Source of the DNA: Armatimonadota bacterium
Lineage (GTDB): Bacteria > Armatimonadota > SYMT01
Length of the DNA: 64,000 bases
Assembly: GCA_046292385.1 (NCBI GenBank)
Contig: JBKBRF010000010.1
Location: 32,001-96,000 of the forward strand
Reading direction: 5' to 3'
The notes beneath the pieces were generated by a model. That model ran no database searches and had not been told where the DNA came from. It worked only from the letters and a program-made list of their open reading frames with translations. Below are positions 34,276-43,388 of the stretch, in pieces. Made by a program: the position numbers and the translations under genes. Position 1 is the first letter of the stretch. The number at the start of each line of letters is the position of its first letter.

Positions 34276-34572
34276 TCAGCCGCCGGCGATGGCGCCGACG
34301 ATCATCAGCGGCTCCGTGCCCGCGGCCACCGCCTCCGGCAGCAGCGTCTCCGGCGGCTCGTGGGAGAGGTCTTCCTCGCAGGCGAAGAACCGCACGAAGT
34401 CCCGGCGCCGCTTGGTGACGTGGTCGCGGATCGGACCGCGCAGCACCGGGTACTGCGCCTCCAGCGCGTCCAGCACGGCGCCGAGCGTGACCGGTCCTTC
34501 GACCTGCAGCTCGACCTCCCCGTCGACCCGCGCGAGAGTCCGCAGGTGGTACGGAAGCGTGACCCGGATCAT
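34276..34572 (-). CDS. MoaD/ThiS ubiquitin-like protein
   Basis: Beta-grasp size, ends IAGG; ATG overlaps the upstream stop. Confidence 0.85.
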   Translation of the reverse strand: MIRVTLPYHLRTLARVDGEVELQVEGPVTLGAVLDALEAQYPVLRGPIRDHVTKRRRDFVRFFACEEDLSHEPPETLLPEAVAAGTEPLMIVGAIAGG

Positions 34573-35684
34573 GGCAGGGTCTGGACCTCCACGGAGAGCA
34601 CCGCCGGCAGGTCGCGCACGATCGGGGCCCAGTTGTCGCCGCCGTCCGGAGAGCAGTAGACCTGGCCGCCGGTGGTGCCGAAGTAGACGCCGCCGGAATC
34701 GAGCGAGTCGACCGCCATCGCGTCCCGCAGCACGTTGACGTAGCAGTCCTTCTGCGGCAGCCCCTTGGTCAGCGGCTCCCACTCGTGGCCGCCGCTCCGG
34801 CTGCGGTAGACGCGCAGCTTGCCGTCCGGCGGGAAGTGGTGGGAGTCGCTGGTGATCGGCACCACGTAGATCGTCTCCGGCTCGTGCGCGTGGACGTCGA
34901 TCGGGAAGCCGAAGTCAGTCGGCAGGTCGCCGCTCACCTCGCTCCAGGAGTCGCCGGCGTTGTCGCTGCGCATCACGTCCCAGTGCTTCTGCATGTAGAG
35001 CACGTCCGGCCGGGACGGATGGAGGGCGATCCGGTGGACGCAGTGTCCCACCTCGGCGTTCGGATCCGGGATGTACTCGGACTGCAGGCCGCGGTTGATC
35101 GGCTTCCAGGTCTGCCCGCCGTCATCGGTCCGGAAGGCGCCGGCCGCGGAGATGGCGATGTAGATCCGGTCCGAGTTGGTCGGGTCCTGGATGATGGTGT
35201 GGAGGCACATCCCGCCCGCGCCCGGCTGCCACTTGGGGCCGGTGCCGTGGTTGCGCAGGCCGGAAAGCTCCTGCCAGCTCTTGCCGCCGTCGGTGGTGCG
35301 GAACAGCGAGGCGTCTTCCGCCCCCGCCAGCACCGTGTCCGGATCGGTGAGCGACGGCTCCAGGTGCCAGACCCGCTTGAACTCCCACGGGTGCTGCGTG
35401 CCGTCATACCACTGGTGCGTGCCGGGCACGCCGTCGTAGACGAACTCGTTGCCGACCGCCTCCCACGTCTTGCCGCCGTCATCCGACCGCTGGATCATCT
35501 GCCCGAACCAGCCGCTCGACTGGGAGGCGTAGATCCGGTTCGGATCGACGGGCGAGCCCTTCAGGTGGTAGATCTCCCAACCCGCAAAGTGGGGACCGCT
35601 CACTTCCCACTGCTCGCGCTTCCCATCCGAGGTCAGGATGAAGGCGCCTTTCCTCGTGCCGACCAGTACCCTAACTCCGCTCAT
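34569..35684 (-). CDS. BNR/Asp-box (sialidase-like) beta-propeller protein
   Basis: Repeated SxDGGxTW Asp boxes; VLVGTRKG start; GHCVH; no signal peptide. Confidence 0.85.
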   Translation of the reverse strand: MSGVRVLVGTRKGAFILTSDGKREQWEVSGPHFAGWEIYHLKGSPVDPNRIYASQSSGWFGQMIQRSDDGGKTWEAVGNEFVYDGVPGTHQWYDGTQHPWEFKRVWHLEPSLTDPDTVLAGAEDASLFRTTDGGKSWQELSGLRNHGTGPKWQPGAGGMCLHTIIQDPTNSDRIYIAISAAGAFRTDDGGQTWKPINRGLQSEYIPDPNAEVGHCVHRIALHPSRPDVLYMQKHWDVMRSDNAGDSWSEVSGDLPTDFGFPIDVHAHEPETIYVVPITSDSHHFPPDGKLRVYRSRSGGHEWEPLTKGLPQKDCYVNVLRDAMAVDSLDSGGVYFGTTGGQVYCSPDGGDNWAPIVRDLPAVLSVEVQTLP

Positions 35685-35774
35685 CACACCCTCCTTCCGC
35701 AGCGCGGCCCGCCCTTCCGGAGCGATCGCCGCCGACTCCTGGCGGTTACCCGCCGATTAAGCAAGCACCGTCCG

Positions 35775-36257
35775 TTACTTCACGCGATAGTAGTTCGCCC
35801 ACATGAAGGCATGCCAGTCGCCGTCCTCCCCCTGGAGCTGGGAGGTGAGCGTGCGGTGGTCCGGCCCCTTGAGCTGGATCACGTCACGGTACTTCGCCAT
35901 CTGGCCCGGGCGCGCGAAGTCCGGCCCCTCGGCCTCCAGGGTGAGCACCGTCTCGCTCTCGTCCAGCGTCCCCTCGTAGACCCAGAGGTGGGTCATCATG
36001 GAGCCGATCCAGGTGCCGACGAACTTCTGCCGCTGCGGGTCGTACCCCAGCGTCATCTGCATCGTGGCCGCGCCGCCGCCCGGCATCTCGCCCCGCCCCT
36101 CGCACTGGACCCAGAGCCCGCCGAGGGAGCGGACGCTCTCCCGGCCTTCCGTCTTCGTCTGCGACTGATCCGGGCCACAGTCCGCCACCGCCTCCATCGT
36201 CCAGTCGCCCAGCAGCGCCTCCAGCCAGCGGTGCTCCTTCTGCGGTTCTGCCTGCAT
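35775..36257 (-). CDS. DUF1579-domain protein
   Basis: PQKEHRWL, LGYDP..KFVGTWIGSM. Confidence 0.8.
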   Translation of the reverse strand: MQAEPQKEHRWLEALLGDWTMEAVADCGPDQSQTKTEGRESVRSLGGLWVQCEGRGEMPGGGAATMQMTLGYDPQRQKFVGTWIGSMMTHLWVYEGTLDESETVLTLEAEGPDFARPGQMAKYRDVIQLKGPDHRTLTSQLQGEDGDWHAFMWANYYRVK

Positions 36258-36315
36258 CGCTCTCTCCTCGCTTTCGTCCCGCCCCGCTCCGCCCGAACCG
36301 GGGTACTTCACTTGC

Positions 36316-36344
36316 TAGTCGAAGGGCGGAGCGCCGGATCGACA
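36316..36344 (-). promoter_or_regulatory. Predicted ECF42-dependent promoter
   Basis: TGTCGA-N17-CGACTA upstream of the DUF1579 gene. Confidence 0.75.
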
Positions 36345-36379
36345 CTCCGCCGGAAAAACTTTCTGCGGCAGGAGCGCCG

Positions 36380-36793
36380 CTACTTCTGCTCCGCCGCCGC
36401 ATGCTCGCGCATCCGCTCGATCGCCTCGCTCGGCCCGAAGTCCTCCAGCTCGAAGTACTGCCGGAGCTCCAGCTCCACCTCGCCGTCCCCGTCCAGGGCC
36501 GGCCACCGCCGCGCCCACTCGATCGCCTCTTCCTTCGAGTTGACCTGGATGACGGTGTAGCCGGCGATCAGCTCCTTCGTCTCCGCAAACGGACCGTCGG
36601 TCACCGTGGGGACGCCGCCGGAGAACTTGATCCGGGCGCCCCTGGAGCTGGGATGCAGGCCATCGCCATCCAGCATCACCCCGGCCTTCATCAACTCCTC
36701 GTTGTACGCCAGCATCGCCGAGAGAAGCTCCTCGCTCGGGAGCTCCCCCGCCTCCGTCTTCGCGTCCGCCTTACGGATGATCATGAACCGCAT
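36380..36793 (-). CDS. YciI/DGPF-family protein
   Basis: TDGPFAETKELIAGY. Confidence 0.9.
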   Translation of the reverse strand: MRFMIIRKADAKTEAGELPSEELLSAMLAYNEELMKAGVMLDGDGLHPSSRGARIKFSGGVPTVTDGPFAETKELIAGYTVIQVNSKEEAIEWARRWPALDGDGEVELELRQYFELEDFGPSEAIERMREHAAAEQK

Positions 36794-36885
36794 CGTCGCC
36801 CCTCTCTCTCCTCGAACGCCTGGCAATCAAACTTGTGTTTGCTCTCAGGCGATATTATAGACGAGCGGATCGCTCGTCCGTTACG

Positions 36886-36914
36886 TAGTCGAAGAAAAAC
36901 CCGTCGGATCGACA
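36886..36914 (-). promoter_or_regulatory. Predicted ECF42-dependent promoter
   Basis: TGTCGA-N17-CGACTA, same motif and spacing as 36316-36344. Confidence 0.75.
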
Positions 36915-36957
36915 AGCAGCGAGTTTTTTTCTCGCCGGAGGCAGCTTGGTTGGTAGG

Positions 36958-38211
36958 CTAGCGCCCGTCCAGCTCCCGGAGACGCGCCTCCAGGAAGCGG
37001 CGCTCCGGCTCCTGGCGGGCCAGGGCGAGCGCGGTCCGGTAGGCGGCCGCCGCATCTCCGGTCCGGCCGAGGCGCCGGAGGAGATCCGCGCGGGCGGAAT
37101 GCGCAAGGTGATAGTCGGCCAGATCACCCTGTGAGAGGAGGGAATCGATCAGGGACAGGCCTGCTTGTGGACCGTCCCGCATGGCAACCGCCACGGCGCG
37201 GTTCAGCTCCACCACGGGCGAGGGTACCGCCCGCGCGAGGAGCCCGTAGAGGCCGGCGATCTGCGCCCAGTCGGTCTCCTCCGCGGAGGGGGCCGAGGCG
37301 TGAACCGCGCCGATCGCGGCCTGGAGCGAGTAGGGCCCGAGGGTCGGCGCGGAGAGCGCCCGCTCCGCGAGGGCGGTGCCTTCCGCAATCTGCTCCCGAT
37401 TCCAGAGGGAGCGGTCCTGGTCCGCCAGCAGCACCAGGTCCCCTTCCGGCGTGGTGCGGGCGGCCCGGCGGGAGTCGTGGAGCAGCATCAGCGCCAGGAG
37501 CCCGATCGCCTCCGGGTCCGGCAGCAGCTCCACCAGCAGCCGGCCCAGCCGGATCGCCTCGGCGGAGAGGTCGTGGCGGACCACCGCCTCCCCGGACGAG
37601 GCGGAGTAGCCCTCGTTGAAGACGAGGTAGACCACGTGGAGCACGGCGTCGAGCCGGTCCGGCAGGTCGGCGCGGGTGGGAATCTCGTAGGGGATGCGCG
37701 CGACCCGGATCTTGTTCTTGGCGCGCACGATCCGCTGCGCCAGGGTGGCGGTCTGCGTGAGGAAGGCGCGGGCGATCTCCTCCGTGGTGAGGCCGCAGAC
37801 GGTCCGCAGCGTCAGCGCGATCTGCGCGTCCGGAGAGAGCGCCGGGTGGCAGCAGGTGAAGATCAGGCGGAGGCGGTCGTCCGCCACGCCCTCTTCCTCT
37901 TCCCACGGCGCGGGGTCCTCCGTAAAGGTCTCCGCCTGCTCCGTGAGCTCTGCGAGCTTGGTATCGAGCCGCGCCCGCCGCCGGGCCGCGTCGATCCCCC
38001 GGAAGCGCCCCGCGGAGATCAGCCACGCCCGGGGATTGGCCGGCACGCCGGAGCGGGTCCACGCGTCGAGCGCCGCCATGAAGGCGTCCTGCATCGCCTC
38101 CTCGGCAAGATCGAAGTCGCCGAGGAGGCGGATCAGCGTGGCGAGGATCCGGCGCGACTCCGCCCGGTAGACGCTGTCCAGAACCCCCCGAACCCGCTCT
38201 GCCGCCGCCAC
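36958..38211 (-). CDS. ECF42-type sigma factor with C-terminal TPR extension
   Basis: GDFDLAEEA, DDRLRLIFTCCHPAL, LVFNEGY, QDRSLW; DGPF neighbours. Confidence 0.92.
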   Translation of the reverse strand: MAAAERVRGVLDSVYRAESRRILATLIRLLGDFDLAEEAMQDAFMAALDAWTRSGVPANPRAWLISAGRFRGIDAARRRARLDTKLAELTEQAETFTEDPAPWEEEEGVADDRLRLIFTCCHPALSPDAQIALTLRTVCGLTTEEIARAFLTQTATLAQRIVRAKNKIRVARIPYEIPTRADLPDRLDAVLHVVYLVFNEGYSASSGEAVVRHDLSAEAIRLGRLLVELLPDPEAIGLLALMLLHDSRRAARTTPEGDLVLLADQDRSLWNREQIAEGTALAERALSAPTLGPYSLQAAIGAVHASAPSAEETDWAQIAGLYGLLARAVPSPVVELNRAVAVAMRDGPQAGLSLIDSLLSQGDLADYHLAHSARADLLRRLGRTGDAAAAYRTALALARQEPERRFLEARLRELDGR

Positions 38212-38294
38212 GAGCGCTTACCTCTTACGAAGCCGAAAGCGTGAACCCGAAGCTCTCCGTGGCGAGGACGTGCCGGAAGCACCAGGTCGCCAGC

Positions 38295-38381
38295 GAGCAG
38301 GAGCAAGAGTAAGAGCAGGAGCAGGACCTCCCGCTCCCGGAGGGTTCGGCTTTAGCCTTTAGCCTTCTGCCTTTAGCCTTT
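38295..38381. repeat. Short tandem 6-mer (GAGCAG) and 7-mer (GCCTTTA) arrays
   Basis: Directly visible, intergenic. Confidence 0.7.
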
Positions 38382-38679
38382 AAAAGCCCATCTTGTCCGC
38401 GAAGAGGTCGTCTTCCGAGAGGTCGCCCGGCTCGAGGGGGCGCCAGTTGCCGTTGCCGAGGTAGACCAGGATGGTGCCGCAGCCGCCGCACTTGGCGCGG
38501 CTCTCGTAGCCGGTGCCGACCGGCGGGCACTTCGGCTCTCCGGTGACCTTGCAGCGCGGCCGGAGCGGCTTCTGGCACACGGGGCAGCGGCCGAAGATGG
38601 GGGGCGCGTCGCCCAGCATCTCACTCGGCTTCTGCTCCTGGATCTCTTCGATCAACGGCTTCTCGATCACGGTGCTCAT
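38380..38679 (-). CDS. Small Cys-rich putative zinc-ribbon protein
   Basis: CPVC and CGGC pairs; GC3-rich codons. Confidence 0.65.
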   Translation of the reverse strand: MSTVIEKPLIEEIQEQKPSEMLGDAPPIFGRCPVCQKPLRPRCKVTGEPKCPPVGTGYESRAKCGGCGTILVYLGNGNWRPLEPGDLSEDDLFADKMGF

Positions 38680-38908
38680 GCGCGACTTCTCCCTCACTGC
38701 GAGCCAATCGGGCTTCGACTTTCCCATCTTACCATTTGGGCCGGACAGGCGGGAGCGCCCTTCCTCAATCTCACCTCTCCCGCCGGTTTGCGCGGGCTCT
38801 GCCGCCGGGAACATCCCCAGTTCGGGCGACAGATCGAGGCGCTCGGGCGAATGATAGAACAGATCGACCAGAGAGCCGCGGCCGGCGCGGCAGCAGAGCG
38901 GGGACGGC

Positions 38909-40510
38909 ATGGACAGACTCCGGCGGCAGATTCACGAGGCTGAGTTCACCAATTCGTTTGTCGACGAGCTTCCGGGCGAAGAGTCCGGCAGCAAGCTGCC
39001 GCGCCAGGTGCCCGGCGCCTGCTACTCCCGCGTGAGCCCGACGCCGGTCGCCGACCCGCGCCTGCTCGCCTGGTCCCGGGATCTCGGCGACTACCTCGGC
39101 CTGGAGCAGCCGGCGGAGCGCGGACCCAGCGTCGACGTCCTGGGCGGGAACCTGGTGACGCCTTCGATGAAGCCGTATGCCGCGCGGTACGGCGGTCACC
39201 AGTTCGGCTCCTGGGCGGGACAGCTCGGCGACGGCCGCGCGATCACGCTGGGAGAGGTGGAGGCGACCGACGGCTCCCGCTGGGAGATCCAGCTCAAGGG
39301 CGCCGGCATGACCCCCTACTCCCGGCACGCGGACGGGCGCGCGGTGCTGCGGTCGTCGCTCCGGGAGTTTCTCTGCAGCGAGGCGATGCACTGGCTCGGC
39401 GTGCCGACCACCCGCGCGCTCAGCCTGGTAGCGACCGGCGACACGGTGATCCGCGACATGTTCTACATGGGCGACCCGCGCCCGGAGCCGGGCGCCATCA
39501 CCGCCCGGGTGGCCCCCACCTTCATCCGCTTCGGCAACTTTGAGATCATGACCGCGCGGGAGGAGCTGGAGAACCTCCGGCTGCTGGCGGACTACGTGCT
39601 GCGCCACTTCTACCCGGAGCTGGGGGAGCCGTCCGAGGAGAGCTACGTCGCCTGGTTCACGGAGGTAAGCCGGCGCACCGCCGTGATGATCGCCCACTGG
39701 ATGACGGTCGGCTTCGTCCACGGCGTGATGAACACCGACAACATGTCGATCCTCGGCGTCACGATCGACTACGGCCCCTACGGCTGGATGGAGCCGTACG
39801 AGCCGGGGTGGACGCCGAACACCACCGACTTCGCCACCCACCGCTACGCCTTCGGGCAGCAGCCGCAGATCGCGCTCTGGAACCTCTGGATGCTGGCGCG
39901 CGCCCTCACCCCGCTGGTGAGCGACGTCGCCGGCCTGGAGGCGGGGCTGGAGACCTACCGCTCCACCCTGGCAGAGACGCACCGCGCGATGCTGCTGCGG
40001 AAGCTGGGGCTGCAGCCGACCACGGTCGAGACGGACGACGCGCTCCTGGAAGCGCTGGAGGCGGGGCTGGTCGCCGCCGGAGTCGACATGACCCTCTTCT
40101 TCCGCACCCTCTCCCACGCCGCGCCGGCCGCGCTTGCCGATCCCGGTGCCCAGCAGGCGGAGTTGGAGCGGGTGCTCGAGGCGAGCGCTTACCCCGAATC
40201 GCCCGGCGGACCCGATCGCCTGCGGGAGTGGCTGCGGGGCTACACGGAGCGACTCCGGAGCGAAGGCCGCTCGCCGGAGAGCGTCCGCGAGGGGATGCTG
40301 GCGGCCAACCCGAAGTACGTGCTCCGCAACTACCTGGCGCAGAACGCCATCGACGCCGCCACCGCCGGCGACCTGGCCCCGCTGCACCGCCTGCTGGAAG
40401 TGCTCCGCCGCCCCTTCGACGAGCAGCCCGAGCACGACGACCTCGCCGCCCGCCGCCCGGAGTGGGCTCGCACCAAGCCCGGCTGCGCCACGCTCTCCTG
40501 CAGCTCTTGA
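38909..40510 (+). CDS. selO: Protein adenylyltransferase SelO/YdiU
   Basis: YGGHQFG..QLGDGRA, LKGAGMTPYSR, HGVMNTDN, IDYGP, C-terminal LSCSS. Confidence 0.95.
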   Translation: MDRLRRQIHEAEFTNSFVDELPGEESGSKLPRQVPGACYSRVSPTPVADPRLLAWSRDLGDYLGLEQPAERGPSVDVLGGNLVTPSMKPYAARYGGHQFGSWAGQLGDGRAITLGEVEATDGSRWEIQLKGAGMTPYSRHADGRAVLRSSLREFLCSEAMHWLGVPTTRALSLVATGDTVIRDMFYMGDPRPEPGAITARVAPTFIRFGNFEIMTAREELENLRLLADYVLRHFYPELGEPSEESYVAWFTEVSRRTAVMIAHWMTVGFVHGVMNTDNMSILGVTIDYGPYGWMEPYEPGWTPNTTDFATHRYAFGQQPQIALWNLWMLARALTPLVSDVAGLEAGLETYRSTLAETHRAMLLRKLGLQPTTVETDDALLEALEAGLVAAGVDMTLFFRTLSHAAPAALADPGAQQAELERVLEASAYPESPGGPDRLREWLRGYTERLRSEGRSPESVREGMLAANPKYVLRNYLAQNAIDAATAGDLAPLHRLLEVLRRPFDEQPEHDDLAARRPEWARTKPGCATLSCSS

Positions 40511-40539
40511 GACCTATTCTTTTTCGACACAGAGGGACA

Positions 40540-41356
40540 CAGCGCGGCTGATGCCGCAACCAAACTCGAGGCGGCGGAGGAATGCTCGGTTAGTCGAGAC
40601 CGTCATCGCTCCGGGAGTCCACCCCGCGCCCTCCCCACCCGGAGCGGCCCTCCCGCGTGGGTGGCCCTCCGCGGCTCCCCCGTTCGGGGGACAAGCCTTT
40701 CACGCTCCGGCCTCCCCTCCGCTAGCGGGCGCTCCGGGCGTGCTCCCCGGCGCGCTGCGTTCCGCGTCCAAGAGGGGCGTCTGCAGCGAGACGACGGTTC
40801 ACGGGCCGCTCCAGGCGGCTCAAGCGACCACCCCTCGCAGGGGTGGTCACAAGTGAACCCCTCCAGCCCTGCCTCCGGCAGTGCTTCCGAGCTTCGTAGA
40901 TCTCCACGCCCTGGGGGCGCAAAGCTGGTCGTGCTGCACCGGCTCGAGGCAACCCGTCGGCTGCCGACCGTGCCCAGACCGAAGGCGCCCGCAGGGCGCC
41001 AGTTGTGACCACCCCTGGGCGCAGGGGTGGTAGCTCGAAGAGTCGGGAGGCAGCCCGTGAGCTCCCCTGTCGACGCGGTAACGCTTCCTGGCGCGGGAAG
41101 AGCTACACGGGGCGGACTCCCGCAGCGGCCTGCTAACGGAGCGCAGCGGAGTGTGAAAAGGCCGCGGAGGGCCTTCGTCGCGGGAGGGCTGCCTCCCGGC
41201 ACAAGGGCTCGGGGTCGGGTTACGGGATCGAGGCTGCAGCTCGAAGAGAAGCAAAAACACCACACAACTGGCACCCTCCGGCTCCGCGAGGCCCAGGCGC
41301 GCGATGCCCGCCAGCAAAACCTGCGCATCCCGGCCAGATTCCCGCGGTGAGTAGTG
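40540..41356. mobile_element. Non-autonomous hairpin-rich element, copy 2 (817 bp, opposite orientation, extra inverted internal module)
   Basis: Ends CAGCGCGGCTGA / CGGTGAGTAGTG; splits a repeat whose intact twin is at 41523-41568. Confidence 0.8.
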
Positions 41357-41513
41357 CAGAAGGACCAACAGAGGGAACACAGATCCGGACAGAATTGGGC
41401 CGTCTTCGCGCCCATCCCCAGTCATCCTGAACGAAGGTGAAGGATCTCGGCAGCCGCGCTGAGTAGGGCCTCGTGCTCCCACCCGGGGACCGCCAAACGA
41501 GCGAGCCCCAGCG

Positions 41514-43121
41514 TCAATCCTTTCTGTGCTCCTCTGTCGGTTCTTCTGTGTCCCTCTGTGTCGAAAAACCAAGAGCCGACCGGAGCTTCCAGACCTCCAT
41601 CCGGACCAGCCGCGCCTCCCCACCCCGCGAGTAGACGGAGATCCCCTGGCTCTCCGGGCGGGGGAAGATCAGCTCCGAGAGCACCGTCTCGCCGTCGTTG
41701 CCGAAGACCTCCACGGAGGAGCGGTCGACGAAGAGGTGCAGCTTCACGCGGCGGCCCCGGAGCGGCATCGGACCGCCGCTGCGGCCGGCGAAGCCCTGGT
41801 TGAAGTCGCTCTTTCCGGAGCGGGTGCGGTCGACGAAGAGCTGCTTCGTTCCCGCGTCGTAGCCGACCCGCGTCTCCTCGCCCTCGCCGGCCCGCACGGT
41901 GAGCCCGACTTCCGCTGCGCCGCCCAGCTCGAGCTCCGCCACGATCTCCACGGCGTCGCCCCACGCGGATCGGTCGAGCACGAGCGGCTTCTCCGGGGTG
42001 AGCCCAGTGGAGCGGACGGTGTGCTTCTCCCCGCGGAGCGAGCGGAGCTGCGGCACCGGCTCCTGCACCATGCGCAGGCCCTCCGGCGTGCGGCGGAGCT
42101 TCAGGGCACGCGGCAGGGTGAGCACGTTGCGCCAGGGGTGGGTCGGCACGTCGTTGGCGTACTGCCAGTTGCTCATCCAGCCGATCCAGTAGCGCTCGCC
42201 CCGCTTGCCGGTGATCCCGGACCAGGAGACCGCCGCGTAGTTGTCGCGACCGTAGTCGGCCCAGAGGATCGTGGAAGGCGGGTTGTCGTTCCGGAACGTC
42301 GTGCCGTCGAACTCGCCGATGAAGTACTCCCCGCCGGAGCCGCCGTTCACGTGGCCGTTGCCCATCCCCACGTGGAGCACCCACTTGCTCTTCCCGGGCT
42401 CCCCCTCGATCGGGAGCGGGAAGAGGTCCGGGCACTCCCAGTTCGCCTTCACCGTGTCCGGCACGCCCGCCGGACCGAACTCGCTCAGCAACTCCCAGCG
42501 CTTCAGATCGGGCGAGCCGTAGAAGCGCAGGCGACGGTCCGCCGCCTTCACCACCGCCATCACCCAGCGGCGGGTCGGCGCGTGCCAGAAGACCTTCGGG
42601 TCGCGGAAGTCTTTCTCCCACGGGATTACCGGGTTGCCCGCGTACTTCGTCCAGGTGCGGCCGTTATCCAGGCTGTACGCCAGGCACTGGCTCTGCATCT
42701 CGTCCGCCGGCCGGTGCCCGGTGTAGATGGCGACCATCGGCGGGTTCTCCTTCGTGCCGAACCCGCTGGTGTTCCGCTCGTCCACCACCGCGGAGCCGGA
42801 GAAGATCATCACGCCGTCCGCCTCCTGCAGCGCCACGGGCAGGTGCTCCCAGTGGACCAGGTCCCGGCTCACCGCGTGCCCCCAGCTCATGTGGCCCCAC
42901 TGGTTGCCGAACGGGTTGTACTGGTGGAACAGGTGGTACTCGCCGCGGTGGTAGACCAGCCCGTTCGGGTCGTTCATGAAGTTGCGGACCGGGCTGTAGT
43001 GGTAGCGCGGCCGGTAGGTCTCCCGCATCAGCGGCTCCGCGCCCGGCTCGGCGGGCTGCCCCAGCGAGGCAGCCTGGCACAGGCAACCGAGCAGCAGTCC
43101 CAGGGCGATTATCTTCAACAC
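41514..43121 (-). CDS. GH32 glycoside hydrolase (levanase/beta-fructosidase)
   Basis: FMNDPNG, WGHA, FSGS, FRDP, WECP motifs; GTG start at 43121 with signal peptide. Confidence 0.92.
   Translation of the reverse strand: MLKIIALGLLLGCLCQAASLGQPAEPGAEPLMRETYRPRYHYSPVRNFMNDPNGLVYHRGEYHLFHQYNPFGNQWGHMSWGHAVSRDLVHWEHLPVALQEADGVMIFSGSAVVDERNTSGFGTKENPPMVAIYTGHRPADEMQSQCLAYSLDNGRTWTKYAGNPVIPWEKDFRDPKVFWHAPTRRWVMAVVKAADRRLRFYGSPDLKRWELLSEFGPAGVPDTVKANWECPDLFPLPIEGEPGKSKWVLHVGMGNGHVNGGSGGEYFIGEFDGTTFRNDNPPSTILWADYGRDNYAAVSWSGITGKRGERYWIGWMSNWQYANDVPTHPWRNVLTLPRALKLRRTPEGLRMVQEPVPQLRSLRGEKHTVRSTGLTPEKPLVLDRSAWGDAVEIVAELELGGAAEVGLTVRAGEGEETRVGYDAGTKQLFVDRTRSGKSDFNQGFAGRSGGPMPLRGRRVKLHLFVDRSSVEVFGNDGETVLSELIFPRPESQGISVYSRGGEARLVRMEVWKLRSALGFSTQRDTEEPTEEHRKD
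41523..41568. repeat. ACACAGAGG-type repeat, intact inverted partner of the split copy (40520-40539 + 41357-41383)
   Basis: Reverse complement TTTTTCGACACAGAGGGACACAGAAGAACCGACAGAGGAGCACAGA. Confidence 0.75.
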
Positions 43122-43388
43122 GATAGGGCTTGTCCTTTCCTGACAACCCGATCCAGCAGCACATTTCGGTCGGGAGGGGCTTGAGCCGGCCCGACTGCAC
43201 TCCCGTCGCTCCATCACCGGAGCGGGCCCGCCTATCAACTGGCGCCAGCGATTCCGTGCACGCGATGAATGGATGATCTTCTGCTTTGACAATGGCTAGA
43301 AGGTTGCCCTCGTTCGCTTGGTGAATGAGCGGTTATGAACCGGTGCCAAAGTAGACGCATCCGGTTGCGGTCTCGACTCGGAGGCGCT

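Noticed and set aside
40540..41356. ORFs within the repeat elements (e.g. 40603-41415, 11579-12157)
   Set aside because: Low-complexity Arg/Pro/Gly translations of palindromic DNA with no transposase motifs.
41451..41461. CAGCCGCGCTG as a third element end
   Set aside because: Its first half belongs to the adjacent REP also seen at 6063-6097; there is no further homology, so it is probably chance.
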